A stretch of DNA of 64,000 nucleotides from a virus (IMGVR_UViG_3300032770_000011:39400-103399); one strand, 5' to 3'; shown: positions 1 through 9,896, counted from the first letter of the stretch. Program-made: numbers and translations. The notes: generated by a model not told the origin, from the sequence alone.

Positions 1-381
1 ACGCATCAAATCGACGGACTGCCAATCCGTTGAACCCACGCCATTCGTACCTACTATCACGGCTCCGGCTTGCGCCTTGTTTACGGCGATACGGCTGACA
101 GTCTTGAAGTCCTGCTGCGTTGCCACCGTGGACGGATTGTCAACGCCTGTAACGGTTTCCTGAATATTGTTGTTGGAGCCATTCGTACCATAGACAGTCC
201 ACACAGTCCCATTTGCGCCTTCAGCCCCCGCAGGCGTGAAGAGTACACGCCGAGCAGTGTCAAGGGAAACAGGCGACGCTGTCAATGTCAAATTCCCAGC
301 CGCACCTGGCGTCTGAGAATGTGCAATTGTATTAGTCGAAGCGCCAGACAGCTGCTTCGTCAAAGTGTGGACGATACCCAT
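1..381 (-). CDS. Putative virion protein, truncated at window edge (absent from ORF track)
   Basis: ATG at 381, open to base 1: MGIVHTLTKQ...VYGTNGSNNNIQETVTGVDNPSTVATQQDFKTVSRI; abuts stop of 382..756. Confidence 0.7.
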   Translation of the reverse strand, partial: MGIVHTLTKQLSGASTNTIAHSQTPGAAGNLTLTASPVSLDTARRVLFTPAGAEGANGTVWTVYGTNGSNNNIQETVTGVDNPSTVATQQDFKTVSRIAVNKAQAGAVIVGTNGVGSTDWQSVDLMR

Positions 382-756
382 TTACTTCTGCCCGATTGAA
401 GGGAATTTCCTGTGTACAGCGGCCCGAACCCTCGCCTTCTCCTCCGAAGAGCCATGCTGGGACACACGGGCGAGTGCATTCCGAGCATGACTCTTGTCGG
501 GAATGGGGTACGAACCTGCTCCGGCACCTTTCGGTCCGGTACCCTTACCTGGCAGTGCGAAGGAGGACTTTGGCAGGTGTTGGCGTGCCTTAGCCGTCAA
601 CTTACCACCCCGTGCCCGCTTGTCGGCACGTGATTTGGCAGCCTCGCCTTCGCCGTGCATATGCTTCGGGTGAACTGAGCCGCCACGCTTACGCGCAGAA
701 CCCAGTTCACCTTCTAGCTTGCAGGAACCGCCGACGTTTCTATGGCGTGCGCGCAT
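382..756 (-). CDS. Basic phage protein
   Basis: FALPG...SYPIPDKSHARNALARV motif; RKRGG/RARGG repeats. Confidence 0.7.
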   Translation of the reverse strand: MRARHRNVGGSCKLEGELGSARKRGGSVHPKHMHGEGEAAKSRADKRARGGKLTAKARQHLPKSSFALPGKGTGPKGAGAGSYPIPDKSHARNALARVSQHGSSEEKARVRAAVHRKFPSIGQK

Positions 757-768
757 AGGAAAGACCTC

Positions 769-1173
769 CTAGTGCTGGCCAAGGTCTTCCTTGTCCTCGC
801 CCTTCGTCACTTCCTTGATATTGGCGGCAGTGCTCAAAGGCATGCGGTTTGCACCAATACCTCCGCCGCGCTTACGGCCACGGGGTTCCTTGTGCATCTT
901 GGCGTGATGTTCTACACCGCCGTCGGTATGGTGCGCTGGGTGGCCTTCCTCGTGGTGACGACCAACGCCGTGAGCGTGGTGGTGTTTCACCGAACCGCCG
1001 CGCTTCCGCTCCTTGCGGTCGTGACGGTGCTTGGCTTCCTCGCCTTCGCCATGATGATGAACGCGCCCACCCTTTTTACGCTCGTGGGCTTCCTTCATCA
1101 CATTGGAATCGGCCGCGTTGTAGGCGACTGCCTTGCCACCGGAAGCCTTTGCCTTGTGTCGAGCTCTTGACAT
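769..1173 (-). CDS. His/Lys/Arg-rich low-complexity protein
   Basis: Repeated RK(K/R)GG motifs; operon position. Confidence 0.7.
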   Translation of the reverse strand: MSRARHKAKASGGKAVAYNAADSNVMKEAHERKKGGRVHHHGEGEEAKHRHDRKERKRGGSVKHHHAHGVGRHHEEGHPAHHTDGGVEHHAKMHKEPRGRKRGGGIGANRMPLSTAANIKEVTKGEDKEDLGQH

Positions 1174-1258
1174 ATCTCATATCCCTTTCTAAGGGCCACC
1201 CGGATCCGTGGGCTCGGCCGTAAGTACTGCCCTGCTTACGATCAGGGTTATTTCACTA

Positions 1259-2212
1259 TCAGGTAGCCAACAGACCGATATTCGTCGTCGTTGCGCCACC
1301 AGCACTATACTGATTGACGAAGACATTACCAGTCGTGGCGATTGCCGTTGCACCAATCGCGATGCAATTGTTGAGAACGACGTTACCGCCGGGCGATCCA
1401 CCCGCATTGGTAATGGCCGCGTTCATGGCAGTGCCGAAGTTGTGCAGAGTGCACTGTTCGAGTAGCAGGTAGCGGTCCATACCGCCCGACGCGATGGTGA
1501 TCTGAGTGTCCGAAGCGTCCGACACATAAGATTGGAATACGCACCGGCGCATGATCGTGCGAGCGGCACCTGTCGTCATCTCCATAGTGGCGTTTGCATT
1601 CGTGGCGCGGATGATGGTATCGCTGCCAATTGTGCAGTCCTCGAAGAGATTCTCGTCGCTGGAGACGATCAGTGCGCGATTGCCCGCCTGAGCAGCTGCG
1701 GTAGCGTGGCCAGTGCCAATGAAGTTGCAGTTCTTGTAGTAGTTTTCACCACCACCGGCTGTCCAGCCAACCTGCGTCGCGGCCTGATTGATACCGTTGA
1801 AGCACTCCATGTTCTGGAAGTAGCAACCCGCGCCCGTGACAGTCACAAGGCTAGCCACCGCACCAGTGGTCGCGGCGGTATTGGCGATTGCGATGCGGGA
1901 GCGGGAATTCTGTGACGGCGGGGAGATACCGATCATATGGGTCTTGTTCTTGTTCCACGCCACCGAAGCCGTGACATGAATTGACCCATTGACGAAGACG
2001 CAGTCGTTATTGCCGGACGTGCACTTCGCAAGCGCCTGCGTCAGGGTGGCAAAGGGGTCCGAAGGACCGCCCGTATTGCCATCGGAACCATTGGTCTCAT
2101 CGACCCAGAAGTAGTTGCCTGTCCAAGGCAGCGGAGCTCCCGACACACCCCAGATAGGCGTGCCGAATTGACCAACCAGATATGCCGGATTGTTGAAGCC
2201 AGGTGTCGTCAT
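1259..2212 (-). CDS. Putative head decoration/fibre protein, beta-helix-like
   Basis: T/N/G/A-rich, YFWVDETNGSDGNTG...PFATLTQAL motif; downstream of capsid gene. Confidence 0.6.
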   Translation of the reverse strand: MTTPGFNNPAYLVGQFGTPIWGVSGAPLPWTGNYFWVDETNGSDGNTGGPSDPFATLTQALAKCTSGNNDCVFVNGSIHVTASVAWNKNKTHMIGISPPSQNSRSRIAIANTAATTGAVASLVTVTGAGCYFQNMECFNGINQAATQVGWTAGGGENYYKNCNFIGTGHATAAAQAGNRALIVSSDENLFEDCTIGSDTIIRATNANATMEMTTGAARTIMRRCVFQSYVSDASDTQITIASGGMDRYLLLEQCTLHNFGTAMNAAITNAGGSPGGNVVLNNCIAIGATAIATTGNVFVNQYSAGGATTTNIGLLAT

Positions 2213-2267
2213 GACACGTTACCTTTCGGTTTAGACCGCGAACTTCAACCCGTCGCGCGTCTTCGGG

Positions 2268-3368
2268 TTAAGCGGTGGACTTACGATCCTTCAAGGAAAT
2301 GACGTTGTCGGGAACAGGTTCGCAGTGCAAAGTGCGCCAATGCTCGATGTAGTCGGCGGCTTTGCGCAAGAACTCTGGATTATCCTTAAAGTAGCCAAGC
2401 GCAATATTATGATTCTTACAGAGAAGACCGCGTACTTTACCATTGCTGTGATCGTGGTCTACTGAAAGAATATAAGCGCGTCCTGTTCTGTCGGGCGTAG
2501 GCATCTGCCCACAGATTGCGCAGACACCGTTCTGCTCCGCAAGTTTTGCTTTGTACAACGCAGCGCTGATTCCAAATTTCTTCAGCAACCGCTTATTCAA
2601 GTAGTAATCAGGATCGGAACTCTTCCTACGAGCGTTACGCGCCTTGATCCCTTCCCGAGTACGGTTATTGAACTCCGGCATAACCCAGTGTGTATTACCG
2701 GGGCCAAGGAGCTTTGCTGAGTCTTTAGCTGCAAGTACATAGCTTCGATCCGGTGGAAATCCTACCTCAGCAAATAGCTCAATAGGGCTACCCCAAGCAT
2801 GCTTACCGCCAGTCACAAAGTTCAGCTTGCGCCAAACCCGTTTAGCATGATGGTTAGCGTCAGAAAACGCTTGCTGAAGAGGAGGGTCTTTACGGAGTTC
2901 AATCCCTTCAGCTTTCGCCTTCTCAAGTGCGGCAGCAGCTTCTTCAACTGTCTTAAAGTGGCTACCAATAGCGCGAGAACCACCAGGCCCATAAAGGTGG
3001 GCTTGGAACCTACCATTCTTAGAGCGGGAGACGCCCTTAACGCCAGTGCTGTTTGTAACTCGTAAGCCTTGGTACTTCAGGACAGTCTCACTCTTCGACT
3101 GGGGAACAAGGTTCTCGATGTGCGTGTTCCCTGGATTACCGTCCTTGAAGGCGAGGTCCGCTGGGGGCCACTCACCGTGATGCCAGAACCAAACGAGGTG
3201 ATGTAAAGGAACGGTTTCACCGTCAACGCCAGCATAGCGGTAACGTTCTTTATTACCGCCAACAACATCACCGACCTTTACACGGGGCGATAGCCGAAGC
3301 TTGTAGCGAAGCTGCCCGGCAGTAGCGTCGTAATCGTAGAGAGTGCGGACTCGCGCAAGTGTGATCAT
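2268..3368 (-). CDS. Homing endonuclease: HNH-like + AP2-like + endonuclease VII domain
   Basis: HHLVWFWHHG..FKDGNPGNTHIENL; NSTGVKGV; CAICG..VDHDH..VRGLLC..HNIALG; GGAGG before ATG 3368. Confidence 0.8.
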   Translation of the reverse strand: MITLARVRTLYDYDATAGQLRYKLRLSPRVKVGDVVGGNKERYRYAGVDGETVPLHHLVWFWHHGEWPPADLAFKDGNPGNTHIENLVPQSKSETVLKYQGLRVTNSTGVKGVSRSKNGRFQAHLYGPGGSRAIGSHFKTVEEAAAALEKAKAEGIELRKDPPLQQAFSDANHHAKRVWRKLNFVTGGKHAWGSPIELFAEVGFPPDRSYVLAAKDSAKLLGPGNTHWVMPEFNNRTREGIKARNARRKSSDPDYYLNKRLLKKFGISAALYKAKLAEQNGVCAICGQMPTPDRTGRAYILSVDHDHSNGKVRGLLCKNHNIALGYFKDNPEFLRKAADYIEHWRTLHCEPVPDNVISLKDRKSTA

Positions 3369-3473
3369 AGAAACCTCCAACCCTAGAAAGTTAGGGTTGG
3401 GAAGTATACTATTTTCAACTGCGCGAGCCAACATGTTTGTTTTCTGCCTTGGTGCAGAGATTATCCAGACACA

Positions 3474-4400
3474 TCAAGAGGTTGGGGACGATCCCCAGAG
3501 GGCCCTCGGGTCTGAATAATTAAAACTGTACCTCTCCCACGCCTTGACCATTAGATTGTCGGTGGTGAAGTCCACCTGCATGTCCACCTCGAACGGTTCA
3601 CGCTCAAGGTAGAGCAGACCCGGCTGGTCGGTCTTGATATACCAGGCGAAGGCGTTGGTGAAGTACACGTCCTTCACGTATTCCGTCACGCCACCCGCCA
3701 CGGTCGGGATCACGTTCGGGTCGTTCATGGCGGTTCCAGGACGCAACTCAGAACGCAGGAGCCGCAGAGCGACAGGCTCGTTATTCGGGTGGATGACGAG
3801 AGTACGGCCTGTCGCCATCATACGCAGACCAGCGTTGTCGTAGAAGCCGGTCTGGATGGAGATCATGCCGTTGAGCAGTGACGACTCGTTCAGATCCACA
3901 TTCACGCTTGGTGCGTTGGCCCAAGTCGTCGGACCCGAACCGCCCGCTGGTAACGGATGCGCCGTATTCAACAGCGAGACGCCGTCACCACCGACAGTGG
4001 TGTCGAACGTGGTAGAGTTGTTGAACACCGCCGCCGCGTAGATCTCCTTGGTCTGCGCAAAGGAGCGCTGCAGACCGAGATTGGACGGGCGGAACTGCGC
4101 CTTGTAGAGATTGTCGGCGATGGTATTGCGGGTGATAGCGTAGCCCAGACCGATACCGACATGCAGCTGGTTGTAGACGAAGGCCTCACCAGCATTGTTG
4201 TCGAAGAAGGTCTGACCACCGTCCTGCTTGAGTTGCGCAAGTGGCAGGAAGCGCATGGACGCCGTGCGCTCCTGGGCCATTTCTGACTTGCCCTGATCGA
4301 AGAGCTTGGGCCAGATAGCGGGCCACTGCTTGTATTCACCAGTAACGCCACGGAGACCCGGAAGGAGAAGGTCCCTGATGGCTGCGACATTGATGGCCAT
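3474..4400 (-). CDS. Major capsid protein
   Basis: 308 aa; LLLPGL start, GLGYAITR, GGDGVSL..AHP, DFTTDN..KAWERYSF...DPRA motifs; follows scaffold. Confidence 0.85.
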   Translation of the reverse strand: MAINVAAIRDLLLPGLRGVTGEYKQWPAIWPKLFDQGKSEMAQERTASMRFLPLAQLKQDGGQTFFDNNAGEAFVYNQLHVGIGLGYAITRNTIADNLYKAQFRPSNLGLQRSFAQTKEIYAAAVFNNSTTFDTTVGGDGVSLLNTAHPLPAGGSGPTTWANAPSVNVDLNESSLLNGMISIQTGFYDNAGLRMMATGRTLVIHPNNEPVALRLLRSELRPGTAMNDPNVIPTVAGGVTEYVKDVYFTNAFAWYIKTDQPGLLYLEREPFEVDMQVDFTTDNLMVKAWERYSFNYSDPRALWGSSPTS

Positions 4401-4415
4401 GGTTCTATTCTCCTT

Positions 4416-5036
4416 TTACGAGTGAACCGTCAAGAGGTTCTTGTTGATCTGGTTGTTGAAGCCAACGATCACGTTGTTATACGCGGTCGTCACATCGGTG
4501 CCATTCGCGCCGGGCGGTGAGGTCACCAAGCCCAGGATCTTGAGCGGCAGGTATTGCGGATTCGTGGTGGAAGGCGCGTCGAGCGCCATACCTGACCAAC
4601 CCGTCGTCGTATTCACCGAACCCACTACGACGTCGGCAGTGGTGCCAACCATCGCCTGGGTTGTTGGGCCTGCACTCGTCTGGATGACGAACTGCGCAGA
4701 GGGGTCGGAATTCACGAAGGCGTCAACGTCGCCTGTGGCGTCCGAACCGGGCCAGTAGTTGTTCCACACAGTCTTCTTCTGACTGGTGGAGTAGTACTTG
4801 CAGCCGACGAACACACCCGCTACCTGGTAGGTGGCAGAGCCGTCACCGGCGATCCACTGATTCAGGTAGCCTGTTGGCGTTGCCCCCGAAACAAGAGTAA
4901 CGAGGTCGCCGTAACCGATTGCCGTTGCGTAGTTGGAGGCAATACGGAATGGCGGGTTGTGAAACTCAGCAAAATTGACCGGCCCTGAGCTCGTTCCCGA
5001 GACGACCAGTCCGAAAGGTCCAGCTACGTTAGCCAC
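4416..5036 (-). CDS. Capsid cement/decoration protein
   Basis: MANVAGPFGL..IASNYATAIGYGD..GVFVGCKY; directly upstream of capsid gene. Confidence 0.65.
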   Translation of the reverse strand: MANVAGPFGLVVSGTSSGPVNFAEFHNPPFRIASNYATAIGYGDLVTLVSGATPTGYLNQWIAGDGSATYQVAGVFVGCKYYSTSQKKTVWNNYWPGSDATGDVDAFVNSDPSAQFVIQTSAGPTTQAMVGTTADVVVGSVNTTTGWSGMALDAPSTTNPQYLPLKILGLVTSPPGANGTDVTTAYNNVIVGFNNQINKNLLTVHS

Positions 5037-5059
5037 GGTATGGCCTCGCTTCTCTGGCG

Positions 5060-5262
5060 CTTGCCTGCCTAGGTCCTAGCGCGGACGGCAGAAGCAGCCT
5101 GAAGGTTTACTTTCCGGTGCTACCGCTAGCGCACGGCAGCCTGTTGTTTGGGCTGGAGCGGCCTGAAAGCCCCTAGCGCGGGCTCGGCACGAATCCTTGG
5201 AGTTGAGGCAGCACGAAGTCTCTGCCCAATCCCTTCGACCATTTCGGCACGAAACAGTCGGT
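5060..5262 (-). promoter_or_regulatory. Structured 5' leader of capsid operon with repeated hairpin motifs
   Basis: 3x GCGCTAG and 3x TTCGTGC on the minus strand, mostly in hairpin loops. Confidence 0.55.
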
Positions 5263-5377
5263 TCGTATTTCTTAATTAAGAGTATTACTAGAAGTTTCTG
5301 GGAAAAGCTAGTGGGGTAATTCAGAAACTTAAAACTTTGGGCAATTACTAGAAGTTTCTGGATTCGTGCATATCCGA

Positions 5378-6466
5378 TTATTGCCCTATTAAGGCAATAT
5401 TCCGGCTTCCCTCAACAGGACGCTGAGCACTCAGCGCAGCAGCAAGAATGTTCCGAGCCGCGTTCACGTCGCGGTCATGGCTTGCGCCACAAGAGGAACA
5501 CTCCCATTGCCTTATTCCAAGACCTGCGATACCTCTCGGCCTCTCAGGCGGTAACGCACCGCACTCAGAACAGGTTTGGGTCGTGAATTTCTCGTCTACT
5601 TCCACATAACCAGCTGATTTGTATTTCAGCATAGAACGGAAAGTAGACCAGCCAGCATCTAACACAGATTTTGCCATCCGAGTTTTTGCTAGCTGTTTAG
5701 AGCTGACATTACCTACGGCGATTAGCGCGTTCTGATCCGCAAGTTCTGTCGAAAGCTTATGGAGAAAATCTCTACGACAATTCTTGATTTTAGTGTGTAG
5801 CTTGTGTACTCGTTGTTTGTTGTGAGCGCGTTGCGCAATGGCAAGCTTTGTTTCTAACTTTCTATAATGCTGCGGTGCCTCAATCTTACAGCCGTCACTC
5901 ATAACAGCCAAGGATTTTAGCCCTAGGTCAATACCAATAGCACCATTACTCTGTGGTAGTCGCTTAGCAACTTCAACATGGAAACAAACATACCAACGGC
6001 CGAGGCTATCTTCAACAAACATACCGCCTTTAGCGGTATTGGGTAGTGGTCGCCGCTTGCCACCAAAGAAACGATAACGTTTACCTAAATACCAAACAGA
6101 GTTCCCTTCGATTTGCCGACTCTGTTTCTGAAATGGCACCCAACCAAGCGCACGTTTCGGACCGTAGCTTGCCCGAAACTGTAAAGAGTGTTTAGTTTTA
6201 TCACGACTCTTGGCAAATTGATCACAGATCCTACCAACTGTCTATTGATGTATTCCCAACTCTTTTCCCACACCCTTACAAAGCTTTGCTAGATCAAACG
6301 CTGACGGCCAGTGACGCTTAGGTGCGCCTGCACGATAACGCAATTCTAAATCACGCTGTAAAGCGTTTGCGTAGTTCCACACCTGATTACAGGCTGCAGC
6401 ATGAAGTACCAGTGTTTTTCGTACACTGCGGTCTTTCAGCCGGTATTTGTAAGTTACAATCTGCAT
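5378..6466 (-). pseudogene. tnpB: TnpB nuclease interrupted by one in-frame TAG (6242-6244)
   Basis: ORFs 6242..6466 and 5378..6139 share a frame (GIHQ*TVGRICDQF); TYKYRL, GIDLG, CSECG/CSSCG, HDRDVNAARN. Confidence 0.85.
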
Positions 6467-6475
6467 TTTGGGTAT

Positions 6476-6694
6476 CTATGCCGAAATCCTGATTGGGCAC
6501 ACATTCGTGCCGGATTTCTGCGCCAATAATTCCTCTTCCGAGAGCACATCGACGATAATGGCGCGCAGCATGACGGAGACTGTTACGCCACGCATTTGCG
6601 CTAATGCCCGAAAGCGACGGTAGTCACTCTCGCGGACCCAGGCGCTGAGGCATTTTTCGGATGTATGTGGTTTATGCGGAGGTTGTTGGGACAA
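6476..6694 (-). CDS. Ribbon-helix-helix (CopG-like) protein
   Basis: LSAWVRESDYRRFRALAQMRGVTVSVMLRAII pattern. Confidence 0.55.
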   Translation of the reverse strand: MSQQPPHKPHTSEKCLSAWVRESDYRRFRALAQMRGVTVSVMLRAIIVDVLSEEELLAQKSGTNVCPIRISA

Positions 6695-6703
6695 AGGCTT
6701 GCC

Positions 6704-7270
6704 TTACGAAGGAAATACTATTTGCTCGTCCAAACCATTAAAGAATTGGAAGCAAGGGTAACTCAACTTCTTCACTTGCTCAATAGGAATAATTGGCGGG
6801 TCATTTCGCAACCGCTCTCCTGGCGCGGTTTTAGTTGCTTCAACCGTTACACCTTCACGATGCTGGAACTCGGTAAAACCTTTCCAATGCTCAACTCTTT
6901 CAGCAAGTGCAACTTTGTCTTGTTCAATCCGCCAAGCAACTTCATCCAGACCAGGAGTCTTCAACTTGAAGAGAACGTCGCCTTTCAGATTGACGACCTT
7001 AGTCGTTTCTCCCCACTGCACTGGGGCTTGACTCTTCAGCCACGCATCAAGGTAGCGGTCTTCTCCCTTGACGAGAGACATTGAACCATCGGCTTCGAGG
7101 AAAGGTACCCAAGCCCGTTTCCGAACTTGAGTAACCATCTTAATGCCCTTCAAAGGCATCAAATTGCTTGCGTGAACAATGGCCGGGAGTGCTAGTAACC
7201 CTGCAAGGAAAGCGCGGCGGTGAAGCATGAACCCAACTCTTCGCTTAGGAGGTTTCCGGTCTGCCGCCAA
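6704..7270 (-). CDS. Hypothetical protein with twin-arginine-like N-terminus
   Basis: HRRAFLAGLLALPAIVHA; start probably 7228. Confidence 0.55.
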   Translation of the reverse strand: MAADRKPPKRRVGFMLHRRAFLAGLLALPAIVHASNLMPLKGIKMVTQVRKRAWVPFLEADGSMSLVKGEDRYLDAWLKSQAPVQWGETTKVVNLKGDVLFKLKTPGLDEVAWRIEQDKVALAERVEHWKGFTEFQHREGVTVEATKTAPGERLRNDPPIIPIEQVKKLSYPCFQFFNGLDEQIVFPS

Positions 7271-7342
7271 CTTTACGTCACCATAAAGTCACTCTCACCA
7301 CAGCGGATGAGAGGGTCAAAAGCCGGCAGACCGGATCTGAAG

Positions 7343-7891
7343 CTATTCCTCGATTGCGGTTGGTACCATACGTCCAACTTCTTTTGTAATCCTCGGACGT
7401 ACATCTGGGTGTTCGCGGGTAAGTTCGCCTTTTGGCGTCATACCAAGACGTTGTTCAGCTTCTCTGACCTGTTGTCTGGCAAGTTGCCGTTGTTCCTGTT
7501 GAGCCTCCAAGGTCAAGGATAAAGGCCGCTCCATGAGGATCATGCCACCTTTGATGATATGTGGCTGATTGTAGCCAGGCGGTACCCAATTCGGATGGCG
7601 TTTCGGATTCACTGGCTCCCAGCCTTGCTCACGCAGGCTTGCCAGATAGAAGGGATCCTCCTGGCCATGAACCGAGAACCGCTTCCACTCGTAGGAAGAC
7701 TCTGCCGGGATCTCGTCCTGGGGCAGATAGAATTGATCCTCATGCACTGTAGACTTGCGGCGGCGAGTACGGCGTGGTTCGACATGAACAGGGACACGCT
7801 GCTCCTCACGGACGGCAGCACCAGAAGCATGAACTGGAGCACGGTCGGCATTCAGACGGCGGCGGGGGGTTACCATTTGTTGTCCTCTCAC
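7343..7891 (-). CDS. Head-module hypothetical protein
   Basis: YEWKR..GWEPV..GGMILMERP; adjacent to scaffold. Confidence 0.7.
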   Translation of the reverse strand: MRGQQMVTPRRRLNADRAPVHASGAAVREEQRVPVHVEPRRTRRRKSTVHEDQFYLPQDEIPAESSYEWKRFSVHGQEDPFYLASLREQGWEPVNPKRHPNWVPPGYNQPHIIKGGMILMERPLSLTLEAQQEQRQLARQQVREAEQRLGMTPKGELTREHPDVRPRITKEVGRMVPTAIEE

Positions 7892-7903
7892 AGATTACGG
7901 AAA

Positions 7904-9019
7904 TCAAACGTACGTGCGGCCAATCTTACCTTCGGCCTGCAATTCCAGATAGGACCGAGCATATTTGCCGAATGCCCGCTTGCGCCAGGCGTCCACATCC
8001 TCACCTTGCTGCTGTGGCCAGGAGAGCAGCGCCGCTTCCTGTTGGTCCTTGTTCAGGCGTACATCACGGGACACGACCTTACCTCCGGCGTCGGGCGCTT
8101 CACGGGAAACTGGCGCAGAAGGTTGTGCCTGCTTCGGCTTTGGCTTTGGCGTAGGGTTATCAACAACATCCTCAACCTTCGGAGTAGGAACAGGAACAAC
8201 CGGCTGGCGATAGCCCGCCTTCTCCTCGATGGTCTGGAAGTACTCATCCGAACCTTCGACGAGACCCTTGGCGAGAGCTTCATAGTGACCAGCCATCATG
8301 GCAGCATGCTTTGCTGGATTGCCACCGACGACCGCAGGAGCACATTCGGGGTGCGTTCTGAGCCAGGACTCTGCCTTTGGCGAGAACTTGTTCTGGACGA
8401 GATAGTTCTCAAAGGGAGAGCGAGCGGTAGTGGGTTGCTCCTCAACGCGCCCTTCAGTCGTAGGCGCAGCTGCCTTGTTCGCTTCGAAGGTGACTTTCGC
8501 ATCCTCAAGGCGGTCTAGCGTGGCAGCCGCTTTCGCCATCTTCACCTGGATCTCGGAAACCTTCTTGAACTCCCCAGCTTCGAGAGCTCGCGCTTGCTCT
8601 TCCTGATAGGCAGCAATCTCGCGACTTGCGGAGTCGATACCCTGAGTAATGATAGCGAGTTGGCGCTCGGCAGCTTCCTCGCGAGCAGCAGCGGCGTCCT
8701 GCGCCCTTCTCTCGGCTAGAGAGAGGGCCTCTGTGGCGCGCTGGCGCTCCGCTACGGCTTGGGCTTCTGCCGCCTTTCTGGCATCCTCTGCGGCCTTTAC
8801 AGCGGCCTTCAGGGCTTCGGTCGGGTCGGTGACGACCTGCGTATCCGCTAGGGCCGGAGTAACGGGTTTCTTGGTGTCGGCAGCAGGAGTTTCCTTTGCC
8901 GCAACGCCACCTTCGGTCTCTGGCGTTTTCGGAGCTTCCTTCTCCAGAAGGTCGGGGGCATCAGAAACATCAATGGTGACGAGACTTTCGTCGGGTACTT
9001 CAACGGCGAGGTCGGCCAT
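7904..9019 (-). CDS. Putative capsid scaffolding protein
   Basis: Acidic Ala/Glu coiled coil; GGAGAAG before ATG 9019; between GroES and capsid genes. Confidence 0.65.
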   Translation of the reverse strand: MADLAVEVPDESLVTIDVSDAPDLLEKEAPKTPETEGGVAAKETPAADTKKPVTPALADTQVVTDPTEALKAAVKAAEDARKAAEAQAVAERQRATEALSLAERRAQDAAAAREEAAERQLAIITQGIDSASREIAAYQEEQARALEAGEFKKVSEIQVKMAKAAATLDRLEDAKVTFEANKAAAPTTEGRVEEQPTTARSPFENYLVQNKFSPKAESWLRTHPECAPAVVGGNPAKHAAMMAGHYEALAKGLVEGSDEYFQTIEEKAGYRQPVVPVPTPKVEDVVDNPTPKPKPKQAQPSAPVSREAPDAGGKVVSRDVRLNKDQQEAALLSWPQQQGEDVDAWRKRAFGKYARSYLELQAEGKIGRTYV

Positions 9020-9479
9020 TATTCTTCTCCTTCGAGAACTCACTCATGCAAAGGTTCGAATGAAAGGCACAGTAGGATGAGCCAGGGATTTTCTCCCCAG
9101 AACAGAAATAGAAGTTTTTCGTAAATGGGTCCCCATATGGGAAACGGCAACTCCGCTTTGTCAGCCACATTATGGCCTCTCCCGCAGAATTAGGCAATAC
9201 CTCTGGTGTAGCAGGTTCGGTAGGGGCAACTAAGGCAATCACTTCAGGGGGTAACCGTTTGCGAACGAGTTTGGGCTTTGGTGGTTCTACACGTATCTTG
9301 CGGCGGTAAGAAACAGCATTGACGTTAGACCGGAATAGGTTCAGGCGATATAACGCGCCCGAGACCGCATTGCGACTGGGCGCGTGCATCTGCACCGCTA
9401 TTTCCGTGGCAGACATTCCCTTGTTCCAGCACTCGGCTAGAAAGCTATCACGCGCTTCTTTTGGCGCTGACCAGAGCAA
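9000..9479 (-). CDS. gcrA: GcrA-like transcription regulator
   Basis: WNKGMSATEIA..SRNAVSG..RL and LTKRSCRFPYGDP..FYFC..YCAFH. Confidence 0.85.
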   Translation of the reverse strand: MLWSAPKEARDSFLAECWNKGMSATEIAVQMHAPSRNAVSGALYRLNLFRSNVNAVSYRRKIRVEPPKPKLVRKRLPPEVIALVAPTEPATPEVLPNSAGEAIMWLTKRSCRFPYGDPFTKNFYFCSGEKIPGSSYCAFHSNLCMSEFSKEKNNGRPRR

Positions 9480-9503
9480 AGCACTTCCCCCAAAGGATAT
9501 TTC

Positions 9504-9896
9504 TCAGTAAACGACGTCAGGCGCGGGAATCTTCAAGCGCACATGATAGTCCTCTACCAAACGGCAGAGGGTTTCGCGGATCATGATCTTGCGGCCATCA
9601 CTGACGAAGATGGCAACCCAGTCTCCGACTTTTACGGATTGACCCTTGAAGTCGTAATTGGCGTCGCTCACAAAAGCCGAAGGACCTAACTTGACGCAAA
9701 GCCCGGCTTTGCCCTGATACGCATCCTCTTGCCGGGTTACATCAGAAAGAATAATCCCAGACTTGGTCTTCTCCGGGCGCTGATAGACAGCAATCAGAAC
9801 CTGATTGCCGAAGAGTTCAAAGTCATCGAGGTTCCCGACCTTCTTCAGAAGTTCTTTTGCCGGGTCTTCCTCGTGCACCATAGTCATCGAACGCAT
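9504..9896 (-). CDS. groES: GroES-like co-chaperonin
   Basis: EKTKSGIILSD..G..VKLGP..VKVGDWV; AGGAGG before ATG 9896. Confidence 0.85.
   Translation of the reverse strand: MRSMTMVHEEDPAKELLKKVGNLDDFELFGNQVLIAVYQRPEKTKSGIILSDVTRQEDAYQGKAGLCVKLGPSAFVSDANYDFKGQSVKVGDWVAIFVSDGRKIMIRETLCRLVEDYHVRLKIPAPDVVY

Noticed and set aside
6242-6244. Genome-wide amber recoding
   Set aside because: No CUA-anticodon tRNA among the 37, and many intact genes, including terL, end in TAG.
5378-6694. Complete IS200/IS605 or IS607 element
   Set aside because: No adjacent transposase and no ends I can define; the serine recombinase is 53 kb away and has a C-terminal HTH.
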